Shown: in pieces, positions 18,915-27,340 of the stretch
How the letters are laid out: every line of letters starts with the position of its first letter
Position numbering within the stretch: the first letter of the stretch is position 1
DNA from: Propionibacterium freudenreichii subsp. freudenreichii
GTDB taxonomy: Bacteria > Actinomycetota > Actinomycetes > Propionibacteriales > Propionibacteriaceae
Direction of reading: 5' to 3'
Assembly: GCF_000940845.1 (NCBI RefSeq)
Contig: NZ_CP010341.1
Span: forward strand, 2,160,001-2,192,000
Length of the DNA stretch: 32,000 bases
The notes under the pieces: model-generated
What the model was told of the DNA's origin: nothing
Seen by the model: the letters and a program-made list of their open reading frames with translations, nothing else
Databases searched by the model: none
Made by a program: the position numbers and the translations under genes

Positions 18915-19235
18915 CTACTTGGTGGCCTCTTCGTACTCGGCGCGGATCGCATTGGGGATGCGGCCACGCAGCGGCACCTGGCGGCCGGTTGACTTGGCCC
19001 ACTCGCGGATCTTCGCGGCGTCGGACGGGCCCTGCTTGCGGGCGGCGGCACCGCGACGACCGGTGACGCGGCGGCCGTGGCCAACCCAGACGGCGAGCTC
19101 GTCGCGCATCTTCTGTGCGTTCGCGTTGGACAGGTCGATCTCGTAATTCACGCCGTCGAGACCGAAATTGATCGTCTGGTCGGCGTCTCCGCCATCGACG
19201 TCATCGATGAGAACGACCTTCACGTTACGTGCCAT
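18915..19235 (-). CDS. lsr2: Nucleoid-associated protein Lsr2 (H-NS-like xenogeneic silencer)
   Basis: Start taken at the internal ATG 19235 (MARNVKVVLIDDVDG...), with GAAAGGG upstream. The 106-aa product has an N-terminal dimerisation domain and a C-terminal DNA-binding domain with the RGRIP AT-hook-like motif (PLRGRIPNAIRAEY). It lies upstream of clpC, as in mycobacteria. Confidence 0.9.
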   Translation of the reverse strand: MARNVKVVLIDDVDGGDADQTINFGLDGVNYEIDLSNANAQKMRDELAVWVGHGRRVTGRRGAAARKQGPSDAAKIREWAKSTGRQVPLRGRIPNAIRAEYEEATK

Positions 19236-19596
19236 GTCAAAACCCTTTCGTAGGCCCAGGATGAGCAGCACAACTAAAATCTGCTCCAAGATTTAATCAC
19301 TGATAAGTAGTTTACAGAGCATCGCGTCGACATCAACCCCGGGGCACCCCAAACCGCTGACCACAGATGTGATATCGGTGCATGATCACGTTCACAGATG
19401 TGCAATGGATTGCACCAAATATGCGATACGGCCCCGGGACTGCTATGGAGGATGGGGGCAATCGCTGCCGCACACCCCTGCAATGGATGCTCCCGGCATT
19501 GGACGGACCCCCACAATGGGAGCACCCGGGCGCGGCGAACGGCCGGGGGGGTTGTGATCCGGCCCGCCTCGGGCAGCGGCGCCACCCGAAGTGTTC

Positions 19597-19770
19597 GCTA
19601 TCGGCGCGATCTATCGCTGCGGCTATCGGCCCCGGCTATCTGATCCCGCCAGCTATCCGGCATCCCTGGGCTATCCGGCACCCCTGGGCTATCCGGCTCC
19701 GGCGGGCAATCCGGCCCGCGCCGGTTATCCCGCTCCCGGCAATCCGATGCGGCCCGGAATCTGATCCCCA
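19597..19770. repeat. Degenerate direct-repeat array built on GCTATC(C/G)GG (about 11 copies; period 12-13 bp, then 18 bp)
   Basis: G(C/T)(T/A)ATC cores start near 19597, 19610, 19622, 19635, 19652, 19670, 19688, 19706, 19724, 19739 and 19756. The best units are gctatccggcatccctgg and gctatccggcacccctgg. tctgatccc occurs at both 19639 and 19760. Confidence 0.75.
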
Positions 19771-19844
19771 CCCGGAAAAGACCCCTATTCGGGGACGCGG
19801 CGGCATCGCGGCAGCCCATCGACCGGGAAGGCCGCGCAGGCGAA

Positions 19845-20390
19845 TCAGGGCTTCAGCAGGCCGGCGTCGAGCTTGTGCACGCCGCCGACGTCCATGCGGG
19901 CCACCAGGTCGGCGATCGGACCCTGCGGCAGCGTCGCCTTCGGGTCGATGTCGAGCCAGGGAACCAACACGAAGGCCCGTTCATGGGCGCGCGGATGCGG
20001 CAACTCCAGCCGCTGGGTGGCCGAGGTGCGCTTGCCCACCACGATGAGGTCGACGTCCAGGGTGCGCGGGCCGTGCGGATTGTCGGGATCGCGATGGCGC
20101 GCATAGGCCTGCTCGATCACATTGGCCCGGTCGAGCAGGTCGCGGGGTTCCATCGTCGACTCGGCCAGCACCACGGTGTTGTAGAAATCGGGCTGATTGG
20201 TATTGCCCACCGGCTTGGTGAGATACACCGGCGCCACATCAACCATGATGAGCTGGGGGGTGGCGGCCAGCATGTCCACCGCGCACTGCAGGATATCGAG
20301 GCTGTCGCCCTGATTGGAACCGAGGCTGAATACCACCCTGTTGAGCGGCTTCAGGTCGCCCAGGGTGTCGGAATCAATGAATGCGTTCAT
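19845..20390 (-). CDS. folK: 2-amino-4-hydroxy-6-hydroxymethyldihydropteridine diphosphokinase
   Basis: 181 aa with FSLGSNQGD, GPRTLDVDLIVVG and LPHPRAHERAFVLVPW, the HPPK signature. The ATG overlaps the folB stop (ATGA). Confidence 0.92.
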   Translation of the reverse strand: MNAFIDSDTLGDLKPLNRVVFSLGSNQGDSLDILQCAVDMLAATPQLIMVDVAPVYLTKPVGNTNQPDFYNTVVLAESTMEPRDLLDRANVIEQAYARHRDPDNPHGPRTLDVDLIVVGKRTSATQRLELPHPRAHERAFVLVPWLDIDPKATLPQGPIADLVARMDVGGVHKLDAGLLKP

Positions 20391-20761
20391 GGCGTCCTCC
20401 TGTTCACGGTGACCGTGACATCGTTGAAAGGCACGGGGATGGGTGCGTGCGGCTTGTGCACCGTGACATCCACCTCACGCACGCGCGGCAGCTCCACCAC
20501 CGCATCGGCAATGCGCGCAGCCAATGTCTCGATGAGATTGACGGCCTGTGAACGGATCAGGTCGCTCACCAACTCGGCGACCTCGGCATAATTCACCGCC
20601 TCGGACAGCTCGTCGGTGCCCGGCTCAGGGGCCACCAGCCGCAGATCGACGCTGAACGGCTGCCCCTCCCGGCGCTCTGATTCAAGAACGCCGTGGTGTC
20701 CCATTGCGGTGATTCCACTCAGGGACACCACCACAAATCCCATTTCCGGCTCTACTGACAT
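20387..20761 (-). CDS. folB: Dihydroneopterin aldolase
   Basis: 124 aa with GHHGVLESERREGQPFSVDL, VNYAEV and VTVHKPHAPI, typical of FolB. Confidence 0.9.
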   Translation of the reverse strand: MSVEPEMGFVVVSLSGITAMGHHGVLESERREGQPFSVDLRLVAPEPGTDELSEAVNYAEVAELVSDLIRSQAVNLIETLAARIADAVVELPRVREVDVTVHKPHAPIPVPFNDVTVTVNRRTP

Positions 20762-20907
20762 CGTTGCTCCTCAAGGTCGGATGACGACTCCTGCGCTATG
20801 CAGGGGGTGGCACGCTGTTCTGATTCCAAGCTATCCGATGCCACAATGCCCCGACCACGCGGGATCGCCTTCGCCGAGCGATGGTTCCCGACGCGGCAAT
20901 CCGGCCG

Positions 20908-21774
20908 TCACAGCATCAGGTGCTCGGTGACCGCGATCGCGTCGGCCTGGCTGAGCACCTCATGGGTACGCACGCCCCACACCCCGCGCTGGGCGCACCA
21001 GGCCGAGACGGCGGCGGTCGCGGCGTCCCGGTCGCGGGCCTCGCGTCCGTTGAGCAGCACGCCCAGGAAGCGCTTGCGGCTGGCGCCCACCAGCACGCGG
21101 TGGCCGAGCGCCACGAAGACATCGAGGTGGCGCAGCAGTTGCCAGTCCTGCTCGCCCATCTTGGCGAAGCCCAGGCCGGGATCGGCGATCAGGTGGTCGT
21201 GGCTGATGCCGGCCTGTTCCGCGAGCGCCAGCCGCGCGGCCAATTCGTCGCGCACCTCGGTGACCACGTCGTGGTAGCGGGCCCGTTGGTTCATCTCCTG
21301 CCCGAAGCCGCGCCAGTGCTGGCAGATGTAGTCGACGTCCAGGCCGGCCACGGTGGCGAACATGGCGTCGTCGGCAAGCCCCCCGGATACGTCGTTGATG
21401 ATGGCCGCGCCGGCCTCCACGGAGGCCCTGGCCACGCTGGCGCGCATCGTGTCGACGCTCAGCGGGATGTCACGCGTGCGGGGATCGGCGGCCAGGCCGC
21501 CCACCACGGGAATCACCCGCGACAATTCCTCGTCCTCGCTCACCCGGGTGGCGCCCGGGCGGGTGGACTCGCCGCCGATGTCGAGCAGCTCGGCCCCCTG
21601 CCGCACCAGCTCGACGCCGTGGGCGATGGCGGCGTCGGCATGCAGGTACAGGCCCCCGTCGCTGAAGGAGTCGGGGGTCACGTTGACGATGCCCATCACC
21701 CGCGTGTGGCCGTCACCGGGACGATCCGCCCGATCGGCCACCTGATGATCGTCCTGACTACCCCCGAGACTCAT
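20908..21774 (-). CDS. folP: Dihydropteroate synthase
   Basis: 288 aa with VMGIVNVTPDSFSDGG, DIGGESTRPG, SVDT, INDVSGG and DPGLGFAK motifs of DHPS. Confidence 0.95.
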   Translation of the reverse strand: MSLGGSQDDHQVADRADRPGDGHTRVMGIVNVTPDSFSDGGLYLHADAAIAHGVELVRQGAELLDIGGESTRPGATRVSEDEELSRVIPVVGGLAADPRTRDIPLSVDTMRASVARASVEAGAAIINDVSGGLADDAMFATVAGLDVDYICQHWRGFGQEMNQRARYHDVVTEVRDELAARLALAEQAGISHDHLIADPGLGFAKMGEQDWQLLRHLDVFVALGHRVLVGASRKRFLGVLLNGREARDRDAATAAVSAWCAQRGVWGVRTHEVLSQADAIAVTEHLML

Positions 21775-21877
21775 AGCTGCAGCCTAGTGAGAACCATGCC
21801 GGCGCGGGCTGCGGGCGGACTCGCCGCCCATGGGCCGCCGGGCCCGGGGTTCACCACAGGGGCCACCAGGCCCTGCC

Positions 21878-22345
21878 CTACCAGAGACGGGCCACCAGGC
21901 CCAAGGCCTGGTCGCGGGACAGCCCGGCGTCGCGGGCACGGGCGATCAGGGTCCGCGCCGCCTCGGCCACCCGGGTGGGCTCCGCATCGGCCAGGCCGGC
22001 GATCGTGGTGCCATTGCGTCCGCCGGTGACCACGGTGCCCTCCGCCTCGAGTTGACGGTAGGCCTTGGCCACGGTGTTCACCGCCACGCCCAGCTCACCG
22101 GCCAGGGCGCGCACCGCGGGCAGTCGCGTGCCGGCCGGGAGCGATCCCTGCACGGCACCGCGGCGGAGCTGCTCGATGATCTGTTCGAACACCGGGGTCG
22201 GCGACGCGGCATCGATGTGCACGAGCGGACCTGTCGGCCTGCCCCCACGACCGGACGCGTCCTGCGGGGCCGTCCGGCGCGGTGCGCCGTCGGGCCGCTC
22301 GGCATGGTCCGGCCCGTCCCCCGGCTCCCTCGCAGCGCTCGGCAT
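21878..22345 (-). CDS. GntR-family (short, YtrA-like) transcriptional regulator
   Basis: 155 aa. After a Pro/Arg/Gly-rich leader comes the winged-helix block PVFEQIIEQLRRGAVQGSLPAGTRLPAVRALAGELGVAVNTVAKAYRQLEAEGTVVT, followed by a short C-terminal helical part. It sits 8 nt downstream of the folE stop. Confidence 0.8.
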   Translation of the reverse strand: MPSAAREPGDGPDHAERPDGAPRRTAPQDASGRGGRPTGPLVHIDAASPTPVFEQIIEQLRRGAVQGSLPAGTRLPAVRALAGELGVAVNTVAKAYRQLEAEGTVVTGGRNGTTIAGLADAEPTRVAEAARTLIARARDAGLSRDQALGLVARLW

Positions 22346-22355
22346 GGGAAGCTGC

Positions 22356-23063
22356 TCAGCGGTTGCGCACGATGAGGCTCATGGCCTCGGAGCGGGTGGC
22401 CGGGTCACGCAGCACGCCACGCACGGCGCTGGTGACGGTGGTGCTGCCGGGCTTGCGCACCCCGCGCATCGTCATGCACTGGTGCTCGCACTCCAGCACC
22501 ACGAGCACGCCGCGCGCGCCCAGCTGGTCGACCAGGGCATTGGCCATCTGCGTGGTGAGGCGCTCCTGCACCTGGGGACGCCGGGCGTACAGGTCAACCA
22601 GGCGCGCCAGCTTCGACAGGCCGGTCACGCGGCCGTCCTTGGCGGGGATGTAGCAGACATGGGCCCGTCCGTGGAAGGGCAGCAGGTGGTGTTCGCACAT
22701 GGAGTGCACGTCAATATCGCGCACCAGCACCATCTCGTCATGGCTGATGTCGAAGGTGCGCGCCAGCACCTTGTCGGGTTCCTTGCCCAGGCCCGAGAAG
22801 ATCTCGCCGTAGGCACGCGCGATGCGGGCCGGCGTCTCCACCAGGCCCTCGCGGTCGGGGTCCTCGCCGATGCCGATGAGCACCTCGCGCATGGCCGCCT
22901 CGATGCGCTTCCCGTCGAAGCCGGGGGGCAGTTCGAGGCCGGGCTGCTCGTAGGCCGAATTGTCGATGGCGTGGTCGGTGGCGTCAGTTTCGCGGGTCTC
23001 GTCGGACCGGCCGGCGCGCGTGGATTCGGACAAGGGATCTCCCTTTCTGGACGGCATTCCCAT
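22356..23063 (-). CDS. folE: GTP cyclohydrolase I
   Basis: Core motifs are [58 protein letters not shown]. Start taken at ATG 23063 or 23057 (MGMPSRK...), just after the helicase stop. The 351-aa track ORF overlaps the helicase gene. Confidence 0.95.
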   Translation of the reverse strand: MGMPSRKGDPLSESTRAGRSDETRETDATDHAIDNSAYEQPGLELPPGFDGKRIEAAMREVLIGIGEDPDREGLVETPARIARAYGEIFSGLGKEPDKVLARTFDISHDEMVLVRDIDVHSMCEHHLLPFHGRAHVCYIPAKDGRVTGLSKLARLVDLYARRPQVQERLTTQMANALVDQLGARGVLVVLECEHQCMTMRGVRKPGSTTVTSAVRGVLRDPATRSEAMSLIVRNR

Positions 23064-23083
23064 CCTAGGGGGACGTTGCGGCG

Positions 23084-25561
23084 CTATCGGCCCGGGCCGG
23101 CGGGGTTCGCCCATGCGAGGAATTCTGCGGCCGAGATCACCGGCTTGCCCAGGTCGAGTGCCTTGCGGGCCTTGCCCGAACGCGACGCGGTGTCGGCTGC
23201 CACCAGCACATCGCAGCGGGTCCTGGTGACCGAGGGCACCGCGACCAGTTCGTGCTCGGCGGCGAGCTGTTCCATGTCGCTGCGCGAGATGGTCGTCCCC
23301 CGGGCGTCGATCACCGAGCCGGTGAAGCAGACCCGTGCGCCGGGCACGAAGACCTGCTCGGCGCTGTCGGCGGGACGGCGCATCGCGTCGGTGATGATGG
23401 TGACGCCCCACTGGCGCTCCAGCTGCTCGAGCTCGGCGAGCGCCCCATCGTCGACCACGGTGCGTGACGCCGCGGCACGCAGCCGGGCGGCCAGGAAGGC
23501 GGCCCGGTCGGCCTCGGAGGCCATGTCGGGGGCGTCCACGACGAAGGATCGTTGCGCGCCGTCGCGCACCAACAGGACGGCGGGCTGCTCGGCCCCGTCG
23601 CCGTGGCGGACGGGGCCACCATCGGCCGCGCCGGCCCGCGAGAAGGTCTCGATGTCCGCCCAGGGATCCGTGGTCGGGGCTGCCGTACGGGGCCCCGACC
23701 CCTCCGGGAACTCGCGTCCGGTGCCCCGACGGGCAAGCACCAGTTCACGCAGCCGGCGGGCGCGCTGCAGGGTGGGCAGCTCGTCCAGCTCGCGCGCCTC
23801 GTCGGGGCTGAGCAATGACTCGGCCTCGCCACCGATCGGCATCGGGGACACGATGCCGCCACGCTTCAGCTCGTAGTCGAGGTAATCGAGGGTCTGGTCG
23901 ATGTCGACGCCGATGAGCCCATATCCGTCCAGGCAGCGCTCGATGGCCGGCCAGGCCTCCCCCAGCATCGGGGCGAAGCGCACATCGGAGGCGGACAGGG
24001 CGTTGTCACGGGCCGATTCGCCCATGTCGCGGTCGGGATTCACCAGCGTGACCAGCTCGCGACCGTCGTCGGTGACCACCGCCAGCTCGAGCGGACGCGG
24101 CCGCCACATGCGTCCCTCGTCGCCCACGAAGGTGACCGTCAGGAAGGCCAGGCCACGCCGGGGCACCGACGTGCGGGCCGACGCCAGGAAGCGCCGGATG
24201 CGCTGATCCGCCTTGAGGTCCTTCGGCAACACCGGGCGCGCGAGCACCAGGCCGGCCAGGCTCGTGCACCGCGAGAGCGCCACATAGAGCTGGCCCTCGG
24301 CGAAGGTGCCGCCGCTGAGGTCGACGATGGCATGGTCCAGCGTCTGGCCCTGGCTCTTGTGGATGGTGATCGCCCAGGCCAGGCGGAAGGGCAGCTGCGT
24401 GAAGCTGCCGACCACCTCATGGCGCAGTCGGCCACCCTCCACGACCGGCCGGGTGATGTCCCAGGCGTGGGGCCCGGCCTCCTCGTGGCGACCGTCGGGC
24501 AGCGCGATGGTGACCACCGGCTCGTCGTGGTCGTAGCGCACTGCGGCGATGCGTCCGATCGTGCCGTTGACCCACCGCGGCCGGTCATGGGAACCCTCAC
24601 CGTGGGTGGCCTGGGCGTTGGTGAGCATCATCACCTGGGCACCCACTGCGAAGGTGACGACCTCGTCGGCAGGGGCGTCGAAGCCCGTGGCGTCTCCGGT
24701 GACGGTGGCCCGGTAGCTGTACTGCCTGCCGCCGAGACGCGCGAGCTGGCGGTTGTTGCGGGCCGCGGCGATGCGGTTGGTGGTGGCCAGGGTGAGCCAG
24801 AACTCGTCGATCGGCGGCTCGAACCCGGGGTCGGTGCGCTGGTTCAGCTCGGCGCGCGCAGCGGCCAGCAGCCTGCCGTCGCGCACGGCGTTGAGCAGGT
24901 GCACCAGCCGTGCGTCGCCGATCTGGCGGAACACGGTGGTGAGCTCCACGGTGGGGAAGTCGTCGCGGCGGTAGGCGTGCGCCGAGAAGAACCAGGGCGA
25001 CTCGTAGGTGGTTGAGAAGTACTCCCGCTCGCCCTCGGTGACCACCGGTGGCAGCTGGTAGAGATCGCCCACCAGCACCAGTTGGACGCCGCCGAGGGGC
25101 TGCCCGGGGTGGGGTCCGAAGCGTTCCAGCGCCGCCACGAGGCAGTCGAACAGGTCGGACCGCACCATCGAGACCTCGTCGATGATCAGGGTGTCCAGCG
25201 ACTTGAGCGTGCGGGCGAAGCGGCCCGGGTAGTAGTCGCCCGAGGCCACCTGTTCCGTCGTGGTGGCGGTGTTGAACGAGAAGAGCCGATGGATCGTGTA
25301 GCCGTCGACGTTGAGCGCGGCGATGCCGGTGGGCGCCGCCACCACCACGGTGCGCTCGTTCGATTCCATGAACAACCGGATGAGGGTCGACTTGCCCGAG
25401 CCGGCCTTGCCGGTGAGGAAGAGGTTCTCGCCGCGCGCCAGGCGCGTCAGGGCGTCGCGGAACTCTGCAGTGAGGACGAGGCCGTCGTCACGCGCATGCT
25501 GCTCGTCGCCCACATGCCCGTCGTCGTGCACATGCCCGTCGTCCACGCGTGGTGTTGTCAT
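23084..25561 (-). CDS. PIF1/RecD-type SF1 DNA helicase fused to a degenerate DnaQ-like domain and a C-terminal BRCT domain
   Basis: 825 aa.
- Helicase part: Walker [19 protein letters not shown], Walker [40 protein letters not shown].
- Residues about 480-580 align by pattern to a DEDD 3-5 exonuclease fold ([22 protein letters not shown]), but the acidic catalytic positions appear substituted.
- The last ~80 aa (VCFTGSV...[58 protein letters not shown]) look like a BRCT domain. Confidence 0.85.
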   Translation of the reverse strand: MTTPRVDDGHVHDDGHVGDEQHARDDGLVLTAEFRDALTRLARGENLFLTGKAGSGKSTLIRLFMESNERTVVVAAPTGIAALNVDGYTIHRLFSFNTATTTEQVASGDYYPGRFARTLKSLDTLIIDEVSMVRSDLFDCLVAALERFGPHPGQPLGGVQLVLVGDLYQLPPVVTEGEREYFSTTYESPWFFSAHAYRRDDFPTVELTTVFRQIGDARLVHLLNAVRDGRLLAAARAELNQRTDPGFEPPIDEFWLTLATTNRIAAARNNRQLARLGGRQYSYRATVTGDATGFDAPADEVVTFAVGAQVMMLTNAQATHGEGSHDRPRWVNGTIGRIAAVRYDHDEPVVTIALPDGRHEEAGPHAWDITRPVVEGGRLRHEVVGSFTQLPFRLAWAITIHKSQGQTLDHAIVDLSGGTFAEGQLYVALSRCTSLAGLVLARPVLPKDLKADQRIRRFLASARTSVPRRGLAFLTVTFVGDEGRMWRPRPLELAVVTDDGRELVTLVNPDRDMGESARDNALSASDVRFAPMLGEAWPAIERCLDGYGLIGVDIDQTLDYLDYELKRGGIVSPMPIGGEAESLLSPDEARELDELPTLQRARRLRELVLARRGTGREFPEGSGPRTAAPTTDPWADIETFSRAGAADGGPVRHGDGAEQPAVLLVRDGAQRSFVVDAPDMASEADRAAFLAARLRAAASRTVVDDGALAELEQLERQWGVTIITDAMRRPADSAEQVFVPGARVCFTGSVIDARGTTISRSDMEQLAAEHELVAVPSVTRTRCDVLVAADTASRSGKARKALDLGKPVISAAEFLAWANPAGPGR

Positions 25562-25632
25562 GGCGCCCCCTGGTGGTCATCCAATCATCCACGAGCCACC
25601 AGTGGGCCCCGCAGGGACAGGAGGGATCGGCG

Positions 25633-26184
<552 letters not shown>

Positions 26185-26197
26185 GGGGCACAGCCTA

Positions 26198-26262
26198 TTG
26201 CACTGGGCTGTTGCACTGGGCTGTTGCGCCGTGCCGTGGCGCTGGACTGTTGCGCAGGGGCG
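26198..26262. repeat. 13-bp tandem repeat ttgcactgggctg (2 perfect plus 3 degenerate copies)
   Basis: Units are ttgcactgggctg, ttgcactgggctg, ttgcgccgtgccg, tggcgctggactg and ttgcgcaggggcg. The array begins 14 nt upstream of the proposed hpt start, in the tilS-hpt spacer. Confidence 0.8.
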
Positions 26263-26295
26263 CTGCCCGGGGCAGGGGCAGCGTCGGCGGCCCGG

Positions 26296-26319
26296 GCTTG
26301 TCCCCGGCCGTGGACAAGC
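26296..26319. repeat. Inverted repeat GCTTGTCC-n8-GGACAAGC
   Basis: 8-bp arms at 26296-26303 and 26312-26319 with loop ccggccgt, about 30 nt downstream of the tilS stop. It could be a weak terminator or an operator dyad. Confidence 0.6.
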
Positions 26320-26350
26320 CGACGGGCGGGACACAGCGGCCACGCCACCC

Positions 26351-27340
26351 TCAGTGGTCGAGGAACAACACGCCGGCCCGGCGCACCACGCGATGGCCCC
26401 CGGGCAGGTCGACGCCCTTCTGGCCCCGCCACGCCACCACCAGCTCCAGCACCGCGGCGGTGCGCTCGAAGTCGAGGCCGACGATGCCCACGGTGGCCAG
26501 CCAGCGGCGCACCAGTCGACCCTGCAGGGCCGCGGGTTGGTCGGCGAGCCGGGCGCAATCCAGGCCGCCGTCACCCATGATCCGCGTCAGCGCCGAGGAG
26601 GTGAGGGCGTCCAGATAGTCGGCGTCCTGCATGGCAAGGGTGGCGGTGCGGGCGAGCGCCTCGATGAACCCCTCGCCCAGCTCGGCGGTGAGCACCGGCA
26701 GCACCCGATGGCGCAGCCGCGAGCGGGTGAAGCGGTCGTCGCGGTTCTGTGGATCGTGCCAGGGCGCCAGCCCCCACTCGACGCAGGCCCGTTCGGTGTC
26801 GGCCCGCCGCACGCCGAGCAGCGGACGCCAGAACTGCGGGGCACTGCCGAAGCGCGCCGGCATGCCGGCCAACGACCGGGTGCCCGAGCCGCGGACCAGG
26901 CCCAGCAACACCGTCTCGGCCTGGTCATCCAGGGTGTGGCCCAGCAGCACAAGGTCGGGACGACGCCCGCCCGCGGCGTCCGGCGCGGCCAGCGCCTCGT
27001 AGCGGGCCCGACGCGCCGCCGCCTCGGGACCCTCGCCGCTGTGCGGCACCTGCACCGCCACCGTCCGGGCGGGAAGGCCCAGGCCCCGCACCGCATCGAC
27101 GGCCGCGTGGGCCACCTCACGGGAGCCGGGCTGCAGCTGGTGGTCAACCACCAGCGCCTCGGCCAGCAGCGCCGGATCACGCCGGGCGTACACCGCGACG
27201 GCGGCCGCCAGGGCCAGGGAATCGGGGCCGCCCGAACAGGCCACCCGCACCCGGCTCCCCTGCTCGGACGCGCGTTGCAGGCCATCGCTGACGGCCGCCA
27301 CCAGGGCGAGGCCGGCCCGACCCAGGGCTCGGGTTGCCAT
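26351..27340 (-). CDS. tilS: tRNA(Ile)-lysidine synthetase
   Basis: 329 aa with the PP-loop motif VACSGGPDSLALA and the downstream HTLDDQAETVLL block. The ATG at 27340 overlaps the upstream gene stop by 1 nt (TGATG). Confidence 0.9.
   Translation of the reverse strand: MATRALGRAGLALVAAVSDGLQRASEQGSRVRVACSGGPDSLALAAAVAVYARRDPALLAEALVVDHQLQPGSREVAHAAVDAVRGLGLPARTVAVQVPHSGEGPEAAARRARYEALAAPDAAGGRRPDLVLLGHTLDDQAETVLLGLVRGSGTRSLAGMPARFGSAPQFWRPLLGVRRADTERACVEWGLAPWHDPQNRDDRFTRSRLRHRVLPVLTAELGEGFIEALARTATLAMQDADYLDALTSSALTRIMGDGGLDCARLADQPAALQGRLVRRWLATVGIVGLDFERTAAVLELVVAWRGQKGVDLPGGHRVVRRAGVLFLDH

Noticed and set aside
19382-20047. 221-aa plus-strand ORF spanning the folK-lsr2 spacer and running antisense into folK
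   Set aside because: Arg/Pro/Ala-rich translation with no motif. Its 3-prime half is antisense to a solid folK gene.
23084-25561. Helicase as cargo of a mobile element or defence island
   Set aside because: There is no integrase, transposase, tRNA or flanking terminal/direct repeats that I could find. Base composition matches the neighbours, and the gene is packed tightly between hpt and folE. This may be a locus replacement, but there is no evidence for current mobility or a multi-gene defence system.
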